Assembly: GCA_017503375.1 (NCBI GenBank)
Contig: JAFVTF010000001.1
Span: 13,322-77,321 of the forward strand
Length of the DNA stretch: 64,000 nucleotides
Direction of reading: 5' to 3'
Source: Lentisphaeria bacterium
GTDB lineage: Bacteria; Verrucomicrobiota; Lentisphaeria; Victivallales; UBA1829
Below are positions 8,755 to 17,328 of this stretch, piece after piece. Within the stretch, counting starts at the first letter, position 1, and the number at the start of each line of letters is the position of its first letter. The notes under the pieces were generated by a model. The model worked only from the letters and a program-made list of their open reading frames with translations. It searched no databases and was not told the DNA's origin. Made by a program: the position numbers and the translations under genes.

Positions 8755-11700
8755 TTATTTCAAAACAAAAGACATTTCTTTTTGCAATCCGGAAACAATA
8801 TCCCGGACTTTTATCTTCCATTCTCCGCAAACATCATTCAGTGCCGGGATAAATTTATATTCCCCTTTTCCGTTGGGGAGATAGATATTTTTGGTATAAT
8901 GATCAACCTCTTTATTTTCCGGTGAAATGATTGTAATTCTGACACTCTGCGGCTGATTTTTCATGCGTATGGAACACTTGAATTCTTCACCCCGTTTGAT
9001 GATAGACGGCACAACGATTTCCGGTGCAGTGATCTTTTCCGGCATAGAGGCGATCAATGCTGCATAACCGCGTTCAATACCGATTTCAGCAACATTGCCG
9101 TAACCGAGATATTTCTGATTGAGAACATCATAAAGATGTCCGTTAAACAGCATCGGAATCTTTACGATATGACGGGATGAACTTTCATTGAGATTTTTGT
9201 CAAAAAGTACACCGGCATAAGCCGCATTCCGGTCAGAGAACCGCATTACTTTTGTCTTTGCAAAGGGAATATCATCATTATCCGTTACAACTTTGAATGC
9301 CGGGAAATTGAGATGACGTGTGAACAAGTTGCGGAAAAATTCTCTGATATCAGACTCCTGATTATATTTTCTGAGTTCAAAATATTCATAGAAGTCAAAA
9401 TTCAGATAAAGGGTTTTGCCCTTTCCGTAACTGTTGATCCGGAAGACGTTCTCGCCGGAATCAGAGATCCCGGCTGCGGTATCGGGTGCAACGCCTTTAC
9501 CGACAAAATTCACGGGGTATCTGAAATAGGTTATCCAGTCGCCCATTCCGGTATCAACCTGAATATTTTCCATTTTATGTTTGACCGTAAAGGGATATTT
9601 CTGTCTGATTCCGAAAAGATCATCCAGAACGCCGGTTTTACGGAAATTACAGTTTTGGTAACGGATCCCCGTCCGGTAATCTGCAATGACGATACCGCCT
9701 TTCTGAACAAATTTTTTGATTTCGTCGGCTTCTTTATCAGAAAGAGCTTCAACGAACGGAAGAACCAGCATCCGGTAGGAGTTCAATGCTCCACTTGCAA
9801 TCTCTTTCCCGTCGATCACAGCAAAATCCAGGTTCAGATCTTTCAGCAGTGCGGCAAAGGATTTGAACGCCGGTGCATAGTGTCCGGCAGGAGCATGATT
9901 CCCCCACATATTTCTGAAATCCGGCTCTTTTCCGATCACTTTCTTACTCGGGATCCGGTTCCATTGGATCCTGTCTGCCCCCAGACAGTTTACATGATTG
10001 CCCAGATTTGCAGACAAGGTTGAAGCGTGGAAATTATCTGCGGAATAATAAATTGCGACAGAGGGTTTCTGCGGCACAGCATTTCTCAGAAGTGTTGCGG
10101 GACCACTTTTGATTTTACGGACTTCACGGGCTGCAGCTGCAAAAATCTTATTTTCCCTGAGATAATAATCCAGAGGGGAATTTTCATGTTCAATGATCGT
10201 TGCATGCCACCACCAGAGACTGTTCATTCCGGAGAACAGGGTTTCCCAGGGAACGGTACGTAAACCTGTTGGATAATCAATTCCATTCATCCAGAATCCG
10301 ATAAGATTCTTTCCCGCCGCAAAAGAACGCATGGCGTAACCATTGAAAATCTTATTTGCAAGCATCTTGTCATTGAATGAACGGGCGTAAACGTTGTTCA
10401 TGTCAAACGATTTTGTATAATTATACCAGTCATAACCATCATAGCTGGAAAATTGTTCGCTGCCTTCAAATCCGACAAATACCTCAGGATCTATTTTCTT
10501 GATAGCATCTTTCAATTCCCGCTGACGCTGAATAAAAAGAGTGGAAATAAAATTACGGTAATCTCTCCAACATGCCGGACGTTCGTAAGAGAACATCTGA
10601 GATTCGGAATCAAATTTGATCTCGTTCCAATTTTTGAAATTCCTGTTCCATGCGGAATTCAATTCCTGCAGAGAACTGTACACTTTCTGCAAATATTTCC
10701 GGAATTCGCGCCATGCCTGTTCCGTATTGCTGAAACGCCCCTCAATGACAAAAGGTGTCACATAATTTTCATCCCCGAGAGAATGGGCCAATGTTCCATA
10801 CCGTTTTCCGAGCTGCGCAGCTTTCACTGCAGATTCCATATCTTTGCTGAGTCTCTTTTCATCAAGGAGTCTGCTGATCCGGCTCTGATGGAACGCTGCG
10901 GTGTACGGAATGGAAGATAAGTTTGCCTTTGCCGTCAGCCGGAGCAGATTCTCACTCGGACTCATATTTGAGAATGCATCAATTCCGGATTTTTTCAGCA
11001 ATTTGAGATATTCTCTGTGACGTGAAGAATCGCCGATACTTCCGTTCCATGCAATGAAATAAAAATCCTGATTGCGGGGATTGAACGGGATCGTAAATTC
11101 AACAGTCGCCCGGTTGATCAGATTCCCTTTTTTATCGTAATAACAGATCTCTGCAATGTTGACCGGGGTAATGGAACCGGTCGGAAAATCCAGCTCGATG
11201 GTTTCCGGTGTTCCGGTGAATGTTTTCTGAATATTAACCCTGCCGTAAGTATCACGGACAAATGCTTTGACACTTCCTCCGGAACTGTTTTTTCTGTAAG
11301 AAATCGCGATTTTGATGGGACTCCCCTTCTTTGCATCCGGGGAGGAAAGAAGTTTTGCACCGGAAATTCCCTGATCATACTTCCTCTCAAAAACAGAACC
11401 GGTCTGTCGGATAATACAACCGTTTTCATCACAGCTGCGATTCAGAACGAAATATTTTCCTTCCGGCAGGTTATCCGTATGTTCAAAAACCTTTCCTGCG
11501 GAATCAAAGACTCTTGTCCGGACAGTTTTGACCGTTTTTTCCTGTGTCTGTATCACAGAACGGAGCAGTTCCGCCTGACGCGCCGTGGCATAATCAAACT
11601 CGCCCTGACTGCAGTTCGGGGCATAGAATCCGAATCTGAAATCAATGAATGAGGGCTGAACAAGAACTTTTCCTTTTCCGTACTGATAAATCTCAAAATT

Positions 11701-12210
11701 GAATCTGTCCTTTTTATCATATTTCTTGAAATCAAACTTCAGAGAAGTCTTCTTCCATTTCCGGCTCAGCAAATCTTTCAGATCTTTATCCGGAGCGATG
11801 AGGGAAAGCACCATACCATCTTCAACATTCTGCAGGATCTTATTCTGCACGCTCTTCGGATAGAGCTTCCACGCCGGACTCTGGGTCATAATCATGATCT
11901 CAGGCGACCGCCCCAGATGATGAAGAAGCTCTTTTTCAATATCAGCTTCTGTTCTGAACGCATCGAGCCAGTAGAAACTTCTCTGGAAAAAATTCTGTCC
12001 GCGGTTATCCAGCAGAGAACCGCCCATGGGACAACGTGTGATTTCAAAAAATCCACTCTTTTCCAGATCGTTGCAATCACGCAATCCTCCGTAAAAACCG
12101 ATCGCCAAAACTTTGATTTTCGGTGAAGAACATTCCATTACGGTAGAACATCCGCAAAGAATCACAAAAATACTTGTAATGAGTAATGATAAAGCTTTTT
12201 TCATGTTCAT
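8755..12210 (-). CDS. large secreted putative glycoside hydrolase (GH42-middle-domain-like segment)
   Basis: 1151 aa with signal peptide MNMKKALSLLITSIFVILCGC. Segment YRMLVLPFVEALSDKEADEIKKFVQKGGIVIADYRTG resembles the beta-galactosidase trimerisation/middle domain. The function call is tentative. Confidence 0.7.
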   Translation of the reverse strand: MNMKKALSLLITSIFVILCGCSTVMECSSPKIKVLAIGFYGGLRDCNDLEKSGFFEITRCPMGGSLLDNRGQNFFQRSFYWLDAFRTEADIEKELLHHLGRSPEIMIMTQSPAWKLYPKSVQNKILQNVEDGMVLSLIAPDKDLKDLLSRKWKKTSLKFDFKKYDKKDRFNFEIYQYGKGKVLVQPSFIDFRFGFYAPNCSQGEFDYATARQAELLRSVIQTQEKTVKTVRTRVFDSAGKVFEHTDNLPEGKYFVLNRSCDENGCIIRQTGSVFERKYDQGISGAKLLSSPDAKKGSPIKIAISYRKNSSGGSVKAFVRDTYGRVNIQKTFTGTPETIELDFPTGSITPVNIAEICYYDKKGNLINRATVEFTIPFNPRNQDFYFIAWNGSIGDSSRHREYLKLLKKSGIDAFSNMSPSENLLRLTAKANLSSIPYTAAFHQSRISRLLDEKRLSKDMESAVKAAQLGKRYGTLAHSLGDENYVTPFVIEGRFSNTEQAWREFRKYLQKVYSSLQELNSAWNRNFKNWNEIKFDSESQMFSYERPACWRDYRNFISTLFIQRQRELKDAIKKIDPEVFVGFEGSEQFSSYDGYDWYNYTKSFDMNNVYARSFNDKMLANKIFNGYAMRSFAAGKNLIGFWMNGIDYPTGLRTVPWETLFSGMNSLWWWHATIIEHENSPLDYYLRENKIFAAAAREVRKIKSGPATLLRNAVPQKPSVAIYYSADNFHASTLSANLGNHVNCLGADRIQWNRIPSKKVIGKEPDFRNMWGNHAPAGHYAPAFKSFAALLKDLNLDFAVIDGKEIASGALNSYRMLVLPFVEALSDKEADEIKKFVQKGGIVIADYRTGIRYQNCNFRKTGVLDDLFGIRQKYPFTVKHKMENIQVDTGMGDWITYFRYPVNFVGKGVAPDTAAGISDSGENVFRINSYGKGKTLYLNFDFYEYFELRKYNQESDIREFFRNLFTRHLNFPAFKVVTDNDDIPFAKTKVMRFSDRNAAYAGVLFDKNLNESSSRHIVKIPMLFNGHLYDVLNQKYLGYGNVAEIGIERGYAALIASMPEKITAPEIVVPSIIKRGEEFKCSIRMKNQPQSVRITIISPENKEVDHYTKNIYLPNGKGEYKFIPALNDVCGEWKIKVRDIVSGLQKEMSFVLK

Positions 12211-12216
12211 TCCTTC

Positions 12217-13926
12217 TTATTCAGCGTTCAAGTTATAACCGTAAAATGCTGCAGGAGCAAGATTTTTGCGGAATACACCGCTGCCATTGTAAAGTTTGAA
12301 ATGCAGATAACATTGACTCAGCGGTTTTTCTGAGCTGAATTCCACTGTAACCGTCTGATTTCTCTTTGAATGATCGCTGGTTTTCCAGACAGGATTTTTG
12401 CCGTCAGCGGAAATTCCGAATGTGACATACGCATTCCAGCTGCTCTTGTTCGCATGACAGGGAACCTGCAAGATTATATTTTTGACCGGAGTCCCATTAA
12501 AAACGATCTTTTGAGATGCCTCCCAGGTGGTGGAAGAACCTTTCTTACCGAAAATACTGATATTTCCCGGTCTGATCGACAGATTTTTCATATCTGATGT
12601 GGTATTGATCGTGGAGAGGAAAAGGTTCTGCTGCAGCCGTTCCTGATAGAAATATTTCCCCTGACTGTCAGCGGAAACGGTCAACTGTTTTTCTGCAGAC
12701 GGAGTACCGGCAACTTCAAGTGACAATGTTTTCAAATCGGCATTATCAGATTTGATTGTCATATAAAATTTTCCGGTTTTTGCTGCGGGGAAAGAAAGTT
12801 TCCTGTTATTTTCAGCTTTTTTGAATTGGTATTTTTTGCCGTCAAAGGAAATGCCGACTTCTATATTTCCTGCAAAATTGAGCGTAACTCCGATCTCTTT
12901 CAATTTATCCGGGGAATCAAAACGATATCCGACCGTTGCAGCCCCCTTAAATTTCAAACCGTCATTGCTCAGTTTCAGGTTTCGTGTATTCTTGATCAGA
13001 ACACGGTCAACAAACCCGGAATTGTCAAATTTACAGAAATATTTGAACACGCCGTCTGCAGGAATTATGAAGATATTTTCAGGATAGGAAAGAACCGGAG
13101 CTGCAAATTTTTTGGAGAAAAGTCCATCGAAAAATTTACGCATTTCAGGGAACGGAGCCTTATTGCTCCGGTAACAATTTACACTTCCATGCTTTTTACA
13201 TACAGCGAAAAGAAAAACCGGAAGATCCAGATCCTGACAGATTGCGAATTTCTCTTCAGCATTTTTTTTGATCGCATTCCATCCGGCTTTGTAATAACCA
13301 TCCAGTCCGGCTTCTGCTGCCCAGATTATGGGATAAACCGGGGTTCCCGTCAAAACAAATTTCTGTGTATGACGGTAAAAATCTTCCCCCTTTTTGCCGT
13401 AAGCATCATAAACCCAGCCATCTGCTTTCAGACGGGAATCCGGCGGAAGCGGTTCCGAAAGCCACTGAAATACAGGGACATTCCATTTTTTCTTTACCGT
13501 ATCATAAATATGATTCAGAACAGGGACATCACGTCCTACATTCTCTTCGGAAGCGACAACTGCGTAAACAAGCTCAGGATATGTCTGAACACCCGGAGAA
13601 CTCTCAAATAAAACTTTGAATTGTTCCTCAACATCTTCAATTGCGGGAAGACGTCTGCCTTTTACCTTTTTGTCAAATATGATTTCAAAAATCACATATT
13701 TCCGTTTTCCCTCATTGACCTCTTTTTTATGATTTTCCCAAAATATCCGCTTTTTTTCGGGGTCACGTAAAGATTTCAGATTGACTTTCAAAATTCCATT
13801 TTCATCCACCCAGGCATAATAACCATGAACTTTGTTATCCGGCATGACATTGCGAAGTGCAGAAATATCAACAGCTTTCAGAGAAAAAATCAAACAGAAT
13901 GTTATGAACAATAAAATTTTTTTCAT
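12217..13926 (-). CDS. secreted hypothetical protein
   Basis: 569 aa with signal peptide MKKILLFITFCLIFSLKA. 6-nt gap to the downstream gene and 11 nt from the upstream pseudopilin gene. Confidence 0.7.
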   Translation of the reverse strand: MKKILLFITFCLIFSLKAVDISALRNVMPDNKVHGYYAWVDENGILKVNLKSLRDPEKKRIFWENHKKEVNEGKRKYVIFEIIFDKKVKGRRLPAIEDVEEQFKVLFESSPGVQTYPELVYAVVASEENVGRDVPVLNHIYDTVKKKWNVPVFQWLSEPLPPDSRLKADGWVYDAYGKKGEDFYRHTQKFVLTGTPVYPIIWAAEAGLDGYYKAGWNAIKKNAEEKFAICQDLDLPVFLFAVCKKHGSVNCYRSNKAPFPEMRKFFDGLFSKKFAAPVLSYPENIFIIPADGVFKYFCKFDNSGFVDRVLIKNTRNLKLSNDGLKFKGAATVGYRFDSPDKLKEIGVTLNFAGNIEVGISFDGKKYQFKKAENNRKLSFPAAKTGKFYMTIKSDNADLKTLSLEVAGTPSAEKQLTVSADSQGKYFYQERLQQNLFLSTINTTSDMKNLSIRPGNISIFGKKGSSTTWEASQKIVFNGTPVKNIILQVPCHANKSSWNAYVTFGISADGKNPVWKTSDHSKRNQTVTVEFSSEKPLSQCYLHFKLYNGSGVFRKNLAPAAFYGYNLNAE

Positions 13927-13937
13927 GGATTGTTCCT

Positions 13938-14645
13938 TTATTTCAAATATTCATTAAGTTTTGAAAAAGCTGTACGCAAATGACTACCGTGTAATACGAT
14001 ACTTGCGCTTGAAGAACGCTGATTGATCCAGTCACGGAAATCCTGCCTGACTTTTATGACTCCGCTTCCGCCGCTGTATGTCACATGCGGGACATGATAA
14101 CCGTGAAACATGGCTGGTTTGTAAGTATCTGTTTCCAATCTGCAGGTAATCATTACTGTTGAACTCGGTTTTTGCACCTTTTCCAATTTATACGGAATCG
14201 TCTCTCCGGGAACACCGCTCCACACATTTCCGGAGGAATATTTTATACCACATCCTTCAAATGCGTGCATGTGATAGTGCGAGGCAAATGTTATTGAATT
14301 ATCATCATCTTTCGGACACATCAATACCGATGCCGGTCTTGTCTTTTGCAATGATCCCAAATACCCCAATGATGCGATCCGGAACAATCCATAAGGTCTT
14401 GTGTGACTTGCTGTATGATAAATCCCCGGATTATCCTTACTGTATACGGCGATGTTGCCGTCACTGTCCATTGAATACATGGCAACACCGGTATAATTCT
14501 GTTTCAATCTGCCGATACAGTTTGAAATAAAACCTTTGTCACGTGCATTGTTCAATGCCGGCAGCAGCATTCCTGCAAGTATTGCTATTATCGCAATCAC
14601 TACCAAAAGTTCAATTAAGGTAAAGCTACGTCTCATAACATACAT
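13938..14645 (-). CDS. prepilin-type N-terminal domain protein (DUF1559/H-X9-DG family, degenerate C-terminal motif)
   Basis: [38 protein letters not shown]. First gene of the 3-gene operon. No SD upstream in the present sequence. Confidence 0.85.
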   Translation of the reverse strand: MYVMRRSFTLIELLVVIAIIAILAGMLLPALNNARDKGFISNCIGRLKQNYTGVAMYSMDSDGNIAVYSKDNPGIYHTASHTRPYGLFRIASLGYLGSLQKTRPASVLMCPKDDDNSITFASHYHMHAFEGCGIKYSSGNVWSGVPGETIPYKLEKVQKPSSTVMITCRLETDTYKPAMFHGYHVPHVTYSGGSGVIKVRQDFRDWINQRSSSASIVLHGSHLRTAFSKLNEYLK

Positions 14646-14654
14646 TATGTTATG
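14634..14654. repeat. 9-3-9 palindromic site L (CATAACATA-CAT-TATGTTATG), overlaps the pseudopilin start codons
   Basis: Read directly. 14634-14653 is the exact reverse complement of 14737-14756. Confidence 0.9.
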
Positions 14655-14736
14655 TCATGTGGTCTGATTATGAGCAAGTTACAACAAAAACAAAATAAAA
14701 AAAACGCCAGAAAAACAGGAATTCAACTGAAAGGAG

Positions 14737-14756
14737 ATAACATAATGTATGTTATG
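14737..14756. repeat. palindromic site R (ATAACATA-ATG-TATGTTATG), inverted relative to site L
   Basis: 20/20 inverted match to 14634-14653. The asymmetric 3-nt core is flipped (ATG versus CAT). It is preceded by the SD AACTGAAAGGAG (14725-14736). Confidence 0.9.
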
Positions 14757-14785
14757 CGATGTTGTAAAGAATTTTCTTCCAGAAT

Positions 14786-14814
14786 ATTATAGCACAATAA
14801 TGGAAAATTGTCAA
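14786..14814 (-). promoter_or_regulatory. consensus sigma70-type promoter directed at the pseudopilin operon
   Basis: The minus strand reads TTGACA (14814-14809), a 17-nt spacer, then TATAAT (14791-14786). Confidence 0.7.
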
Positions 14815-14840
14815 TAGATTATGAGTTGAAAAATCAAAAG

Positions 14841-15122
14841 AATCTTACAGATATCCCATAAATTTTCCGGCTCCGGGGGCGTATTGTGTATGCGGTTCGG
14901 TGCTTTTTCGGACCTGTCCGACCTGTCTGACTTGTCCGACTGCCTGTCAAAACAAACCGCCTCCACCACAAATTACGGAGCAGTTGCAGTTTGACTTCGG
15001 ATGACAATTCTGCTCAAAAATGAAAATCTGACAAAATCACTTTTTGAAAATCAGAAAATCTTCTGTTCAAAAGACGGAGAAATACCTACTTTTTGAAAAA
15101 TTATGGGATATCTGTGAAGATT
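14841..15122. mobile_element. MITE-like repeat, family 2, copy A
   Basis: Terminal inverted repeats AATCTTACAGATATCCCATAAATTTTC (14841-14867) and GAAAAATTATGGGATATCTGTGAAGATT (15095-15122). The same ACAGATATCCCATAA core occurs as an inverted pair at 53563-53703. Confidence 0.6.
14911..14948. repeat. 9-bp tandem repeat array (GACCTGTCC-like, about 4 units)
   Basis: GACCTGTCC GACCTGTCT GACTTGTCC GACTGCCTGTC, read directly. Lies inside MITE-like copy A. Confidence 0.85.
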
Positions 15123-15169
15123 TAATGTTTTTTTAACCGCAATTATTAATTTTTTGATCATTTTTTTAT

Positions 15170-15379
15170 TTGTTCGAGGCAAATCAATTCTCTACTCCTT
15201 CGTTGTCAACAGTTGTGCAGGATTCCAGGGAAATGGGACGTTATGCAGGAGAGCTGCTTTACAGGATTTGTACCGGAATGATTTCCCGGGAAGCCGCAGT
15301 TGAGGAAGCAAGAAATCACCAGATCCCTGTTCAGATCAAAGAATGGGAATCCACCGGATCTCCTGTTTTGTCCCGGTGA
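15170..15379 (+). pseudogene. C-terminal remnant of a LacI-family regulator
   Basis: 69-aa TTG-started ORF ..PSLSTVVQDSREMGRYAGELLYRI...IPVQIKEWESTG matches only the last ~70 aa pattern of LacI/PurR-type regulators (P.LTTV.Q....G..A..LL, L..ReST). The HTH and most of the sugar-binding domain are absent. It abuts MITE-like copy A. Confidence 0.55.
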
Positions 15380-15492
15380 TCCCTGAAAACTGCCATAACT
15401 GCTCTTTTTTATCATTCCGTTCGCTTGAATAATAGAAAAATTGTGCTATGTTAACCTCATAATTTTTTCTACGTAAGGGAACGGAATAAAAA

Positions 15493-16347
15493 ATGGCTGT
15501 TGTTTATGCGTTGTGCTGTCTGCTCTGCAGTGCCGGAAACGATTTTATATTCAAATTATTTGCACGGAAACCGCGGACCCGCGGGATTTTCTGTTCGTTG
15601 ATCGGGATATTCTGGGGTCTTTTGACGGTGCTTTGTTTTGATATAGACTGGAGTTCCTGGGAAGCAATTCTGATCTGGGGGAGCGTGATCGGATTTTTCT
15701 CAATTGCAGCAAATCTTCTTTTGATTGAGGCTATGGGATTGCAGAGCGCAGGTGTCTGCTCCACAATTTACCGTTTGAATCTTGTTCCGGTTGTGTTTGG
15801 CGCATGGCTTCTGCTCGGAGAAAAAATCGCTCCTTTGCAATGGCTCGGAATCGTATTGGCGATCGGTGCAGTTCTTTGCTTTCTGACCTTGTCCGGAACT
15901 TCCGGTGAAACAGACCGGAAAAAAGCAAGACTCGGAGTCTTTATGGTCATTCTGGCAGCATTACTGCGTGCCGGAATGGGGCTTTCCTATAAATATGCCT
16001 ACGCCGCAAATGCAGATGAATTCGGTATCACTGTCTTTATTGCGCTCTTCTGGATCATCGGCGGAATTCTTTATGCACTTTTCCGGGAACAGAAACAGGT
16101 TAAAATTGATAAATCTCTGTTTTTTTACGGAACGCTTTCCGGGTTGCTTGTGGCAGGAATCACGATTTTTATGGCTCTCGCGCTCAAGGCGGGGAAGGCT
16201 TCTGTCACACTTCCCATTGCGCAAATGAGTTTCCCCTTGACTTTTCTGCTGAGTATTCTCTTCCTGAAAGAGTCTGTCACCCGCTGGAAGATTATCGGTG
16301 TGATTCTGAGTATTGCCGCAGTGCTGCTGCTCTGTATGGCAAAATAA
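15493..16347 (+). CDS. EamA/DMT-family transporter
   Basis: 284 aa, about 10 hydrophobic helices in two similar halves, typical of the drug/metabolite transporter fold. Confidence 0.8.
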   Translation: MAVVYALCCLLCSAGNDFIFKLFARKPRTRGIFCSLIGIFWGLLTVLCFDIDWSSWEAILIWGSVIGFFSIAANLLLIEAMGLQSAGVCSTIYRLNLVPVVFGAWLLLGEKIAPLQWLGIVLAIGAVLCFLTLSGTSGETDRKKARLGVFMVILAALLRAGMGLSYKYAYAANADEFGITVFIALFWIIGGILYALFREQKQVKIDKSLFFYGTLSGLLVAGITIFMALALKAGKASVTLPIAQMSFPLTFLLSILFLKESVTRWKIIGVILSIAAVLLLCMAK

Positions 16348-16380
16348 TTACAGGCGAAAAGCCGGAAAGGATGGTGTTCA

Positions 16381-16743
16381 GTGCTGCTGCGTGAATTGGG
16401 ACTGCTGGCTTTATTTTCCTTGCCGATATGCTTTCTATGCAATGTGCTTTCATTGTTTTTCAAGCCCCGGAAATGGCAGGAAGGGTTGTTGTTCCTGCAG
16501 TTTGTCCTGTTTGCAGCCGTATTTTTTATTCCTCAAGACTTCTTCCGGCGTCATTGGGAGTTATTGGTTTTCGGTTATCCGGTTTTATTCGTGCTTCTGC
16601 AAGTCTTTTTGGCTGTGATGTTTTTTCTTTTTTACAAAAGGTCAAAACAGGAAAAGTTCCTTTATCTGGCACTTTCTGCCATAATTTCCGGTCTGTCTCT
16701 GGCATATATATGTTTTGGAGTCGGGTTTGCAATGATGTTGTGA
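16381..16743 (+). CDS. small hypothetical membrane protein
   Basis: 120 aa from a GTG start with four hydrophobic segments. It is the most protein-like of three overlapping frames. No homology recognised. Confidence 0.4.
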   Translation: MLLRELGLLALFSLPICFLCNVLSLFFKPRKWQEGLLFLQFVLFAAVFFIPQDFFRRHWELLVFGYPVLFVLLQVFLAVMFFLFYKRSKQEKFLYLALSAIISGLSLAYICFGVGFAMML

Positions 16744-16965
16744 TCCAGCCTTTTTTCTCTTCAATATAGTTTAAAGAATCAGCTTATTCTCCGGGATAAA
16801 ATCGTTATTTTTAAAGAAATAATGGAGATTTTTTTATAATATCTTCATTTTTTTTCAAAGAATGACCTTGCTATATTGATAAAATGGGTGTAGATTACCG
16901 GATAGGTGGATTGAATACACAAAAAAAAGATTAACAAATAAAAATCAAAACAGGAAGGAAAGAAA

Positions 16966-17328
16966 ATGAACACACTTCTTACAATCGCAGAAGCCGGACA
17001 GAAGGCCGCTGCAGCACAACAGCCACAATCCTTTGCACAGGGAATCAGCGGAATGCTCCCTTTCATCATCGTGATTGCCGCTATGTTTTTCCTGATGTGG
17101 CGCGGACAGTCCAAAGAACGGAAACGCCGGGAAGAAATGCTGAATTCCATCATGGCAGGAACCAAAGTCCTGACCCTCGGCGGAATTTATGGTATCGTTG
17201 ATTCCGTGAACGGTGATGTCTACAAAATCAAAATTGCTGACAATGTGAAGATCGAAATCAACCGGGCCGGAATCGCTTCCGTAGTCAAAGAAGAAACCGC
17301 AGCAGCACCCGCTGAGGAGAAAAAATGA
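16966..17328 (+). CDS. yajC: preprotein translocase subunit YajC
   Basis: LPFIIVIAAMFFLMWRGQSKERKRREEMLNSIMAGTKVLTLGGIYGIV is a typical YajC pattern. SD GGAAGGAAAG lies upstream. Confidence 0.9.
   Translation: MNTLLTIAEAGQKAAAAQQPQSFAQGISGMLPFIIVIAAMFFLMWRGQSKERKRREEMLNSIMAGTKVLTLGGIYGIVDSVNGDVYKIKIADNVKIEINRAGIASVVKEETAAAPAEEKK

Noticed and set aside
16845-17165. 106-aa minus-strand ORF overlapping yajC
   Set aside because: It is antisense to a clearly recognisable yajC and to its promoter region, and it has a Cys/Phe-rich artefactual composition.
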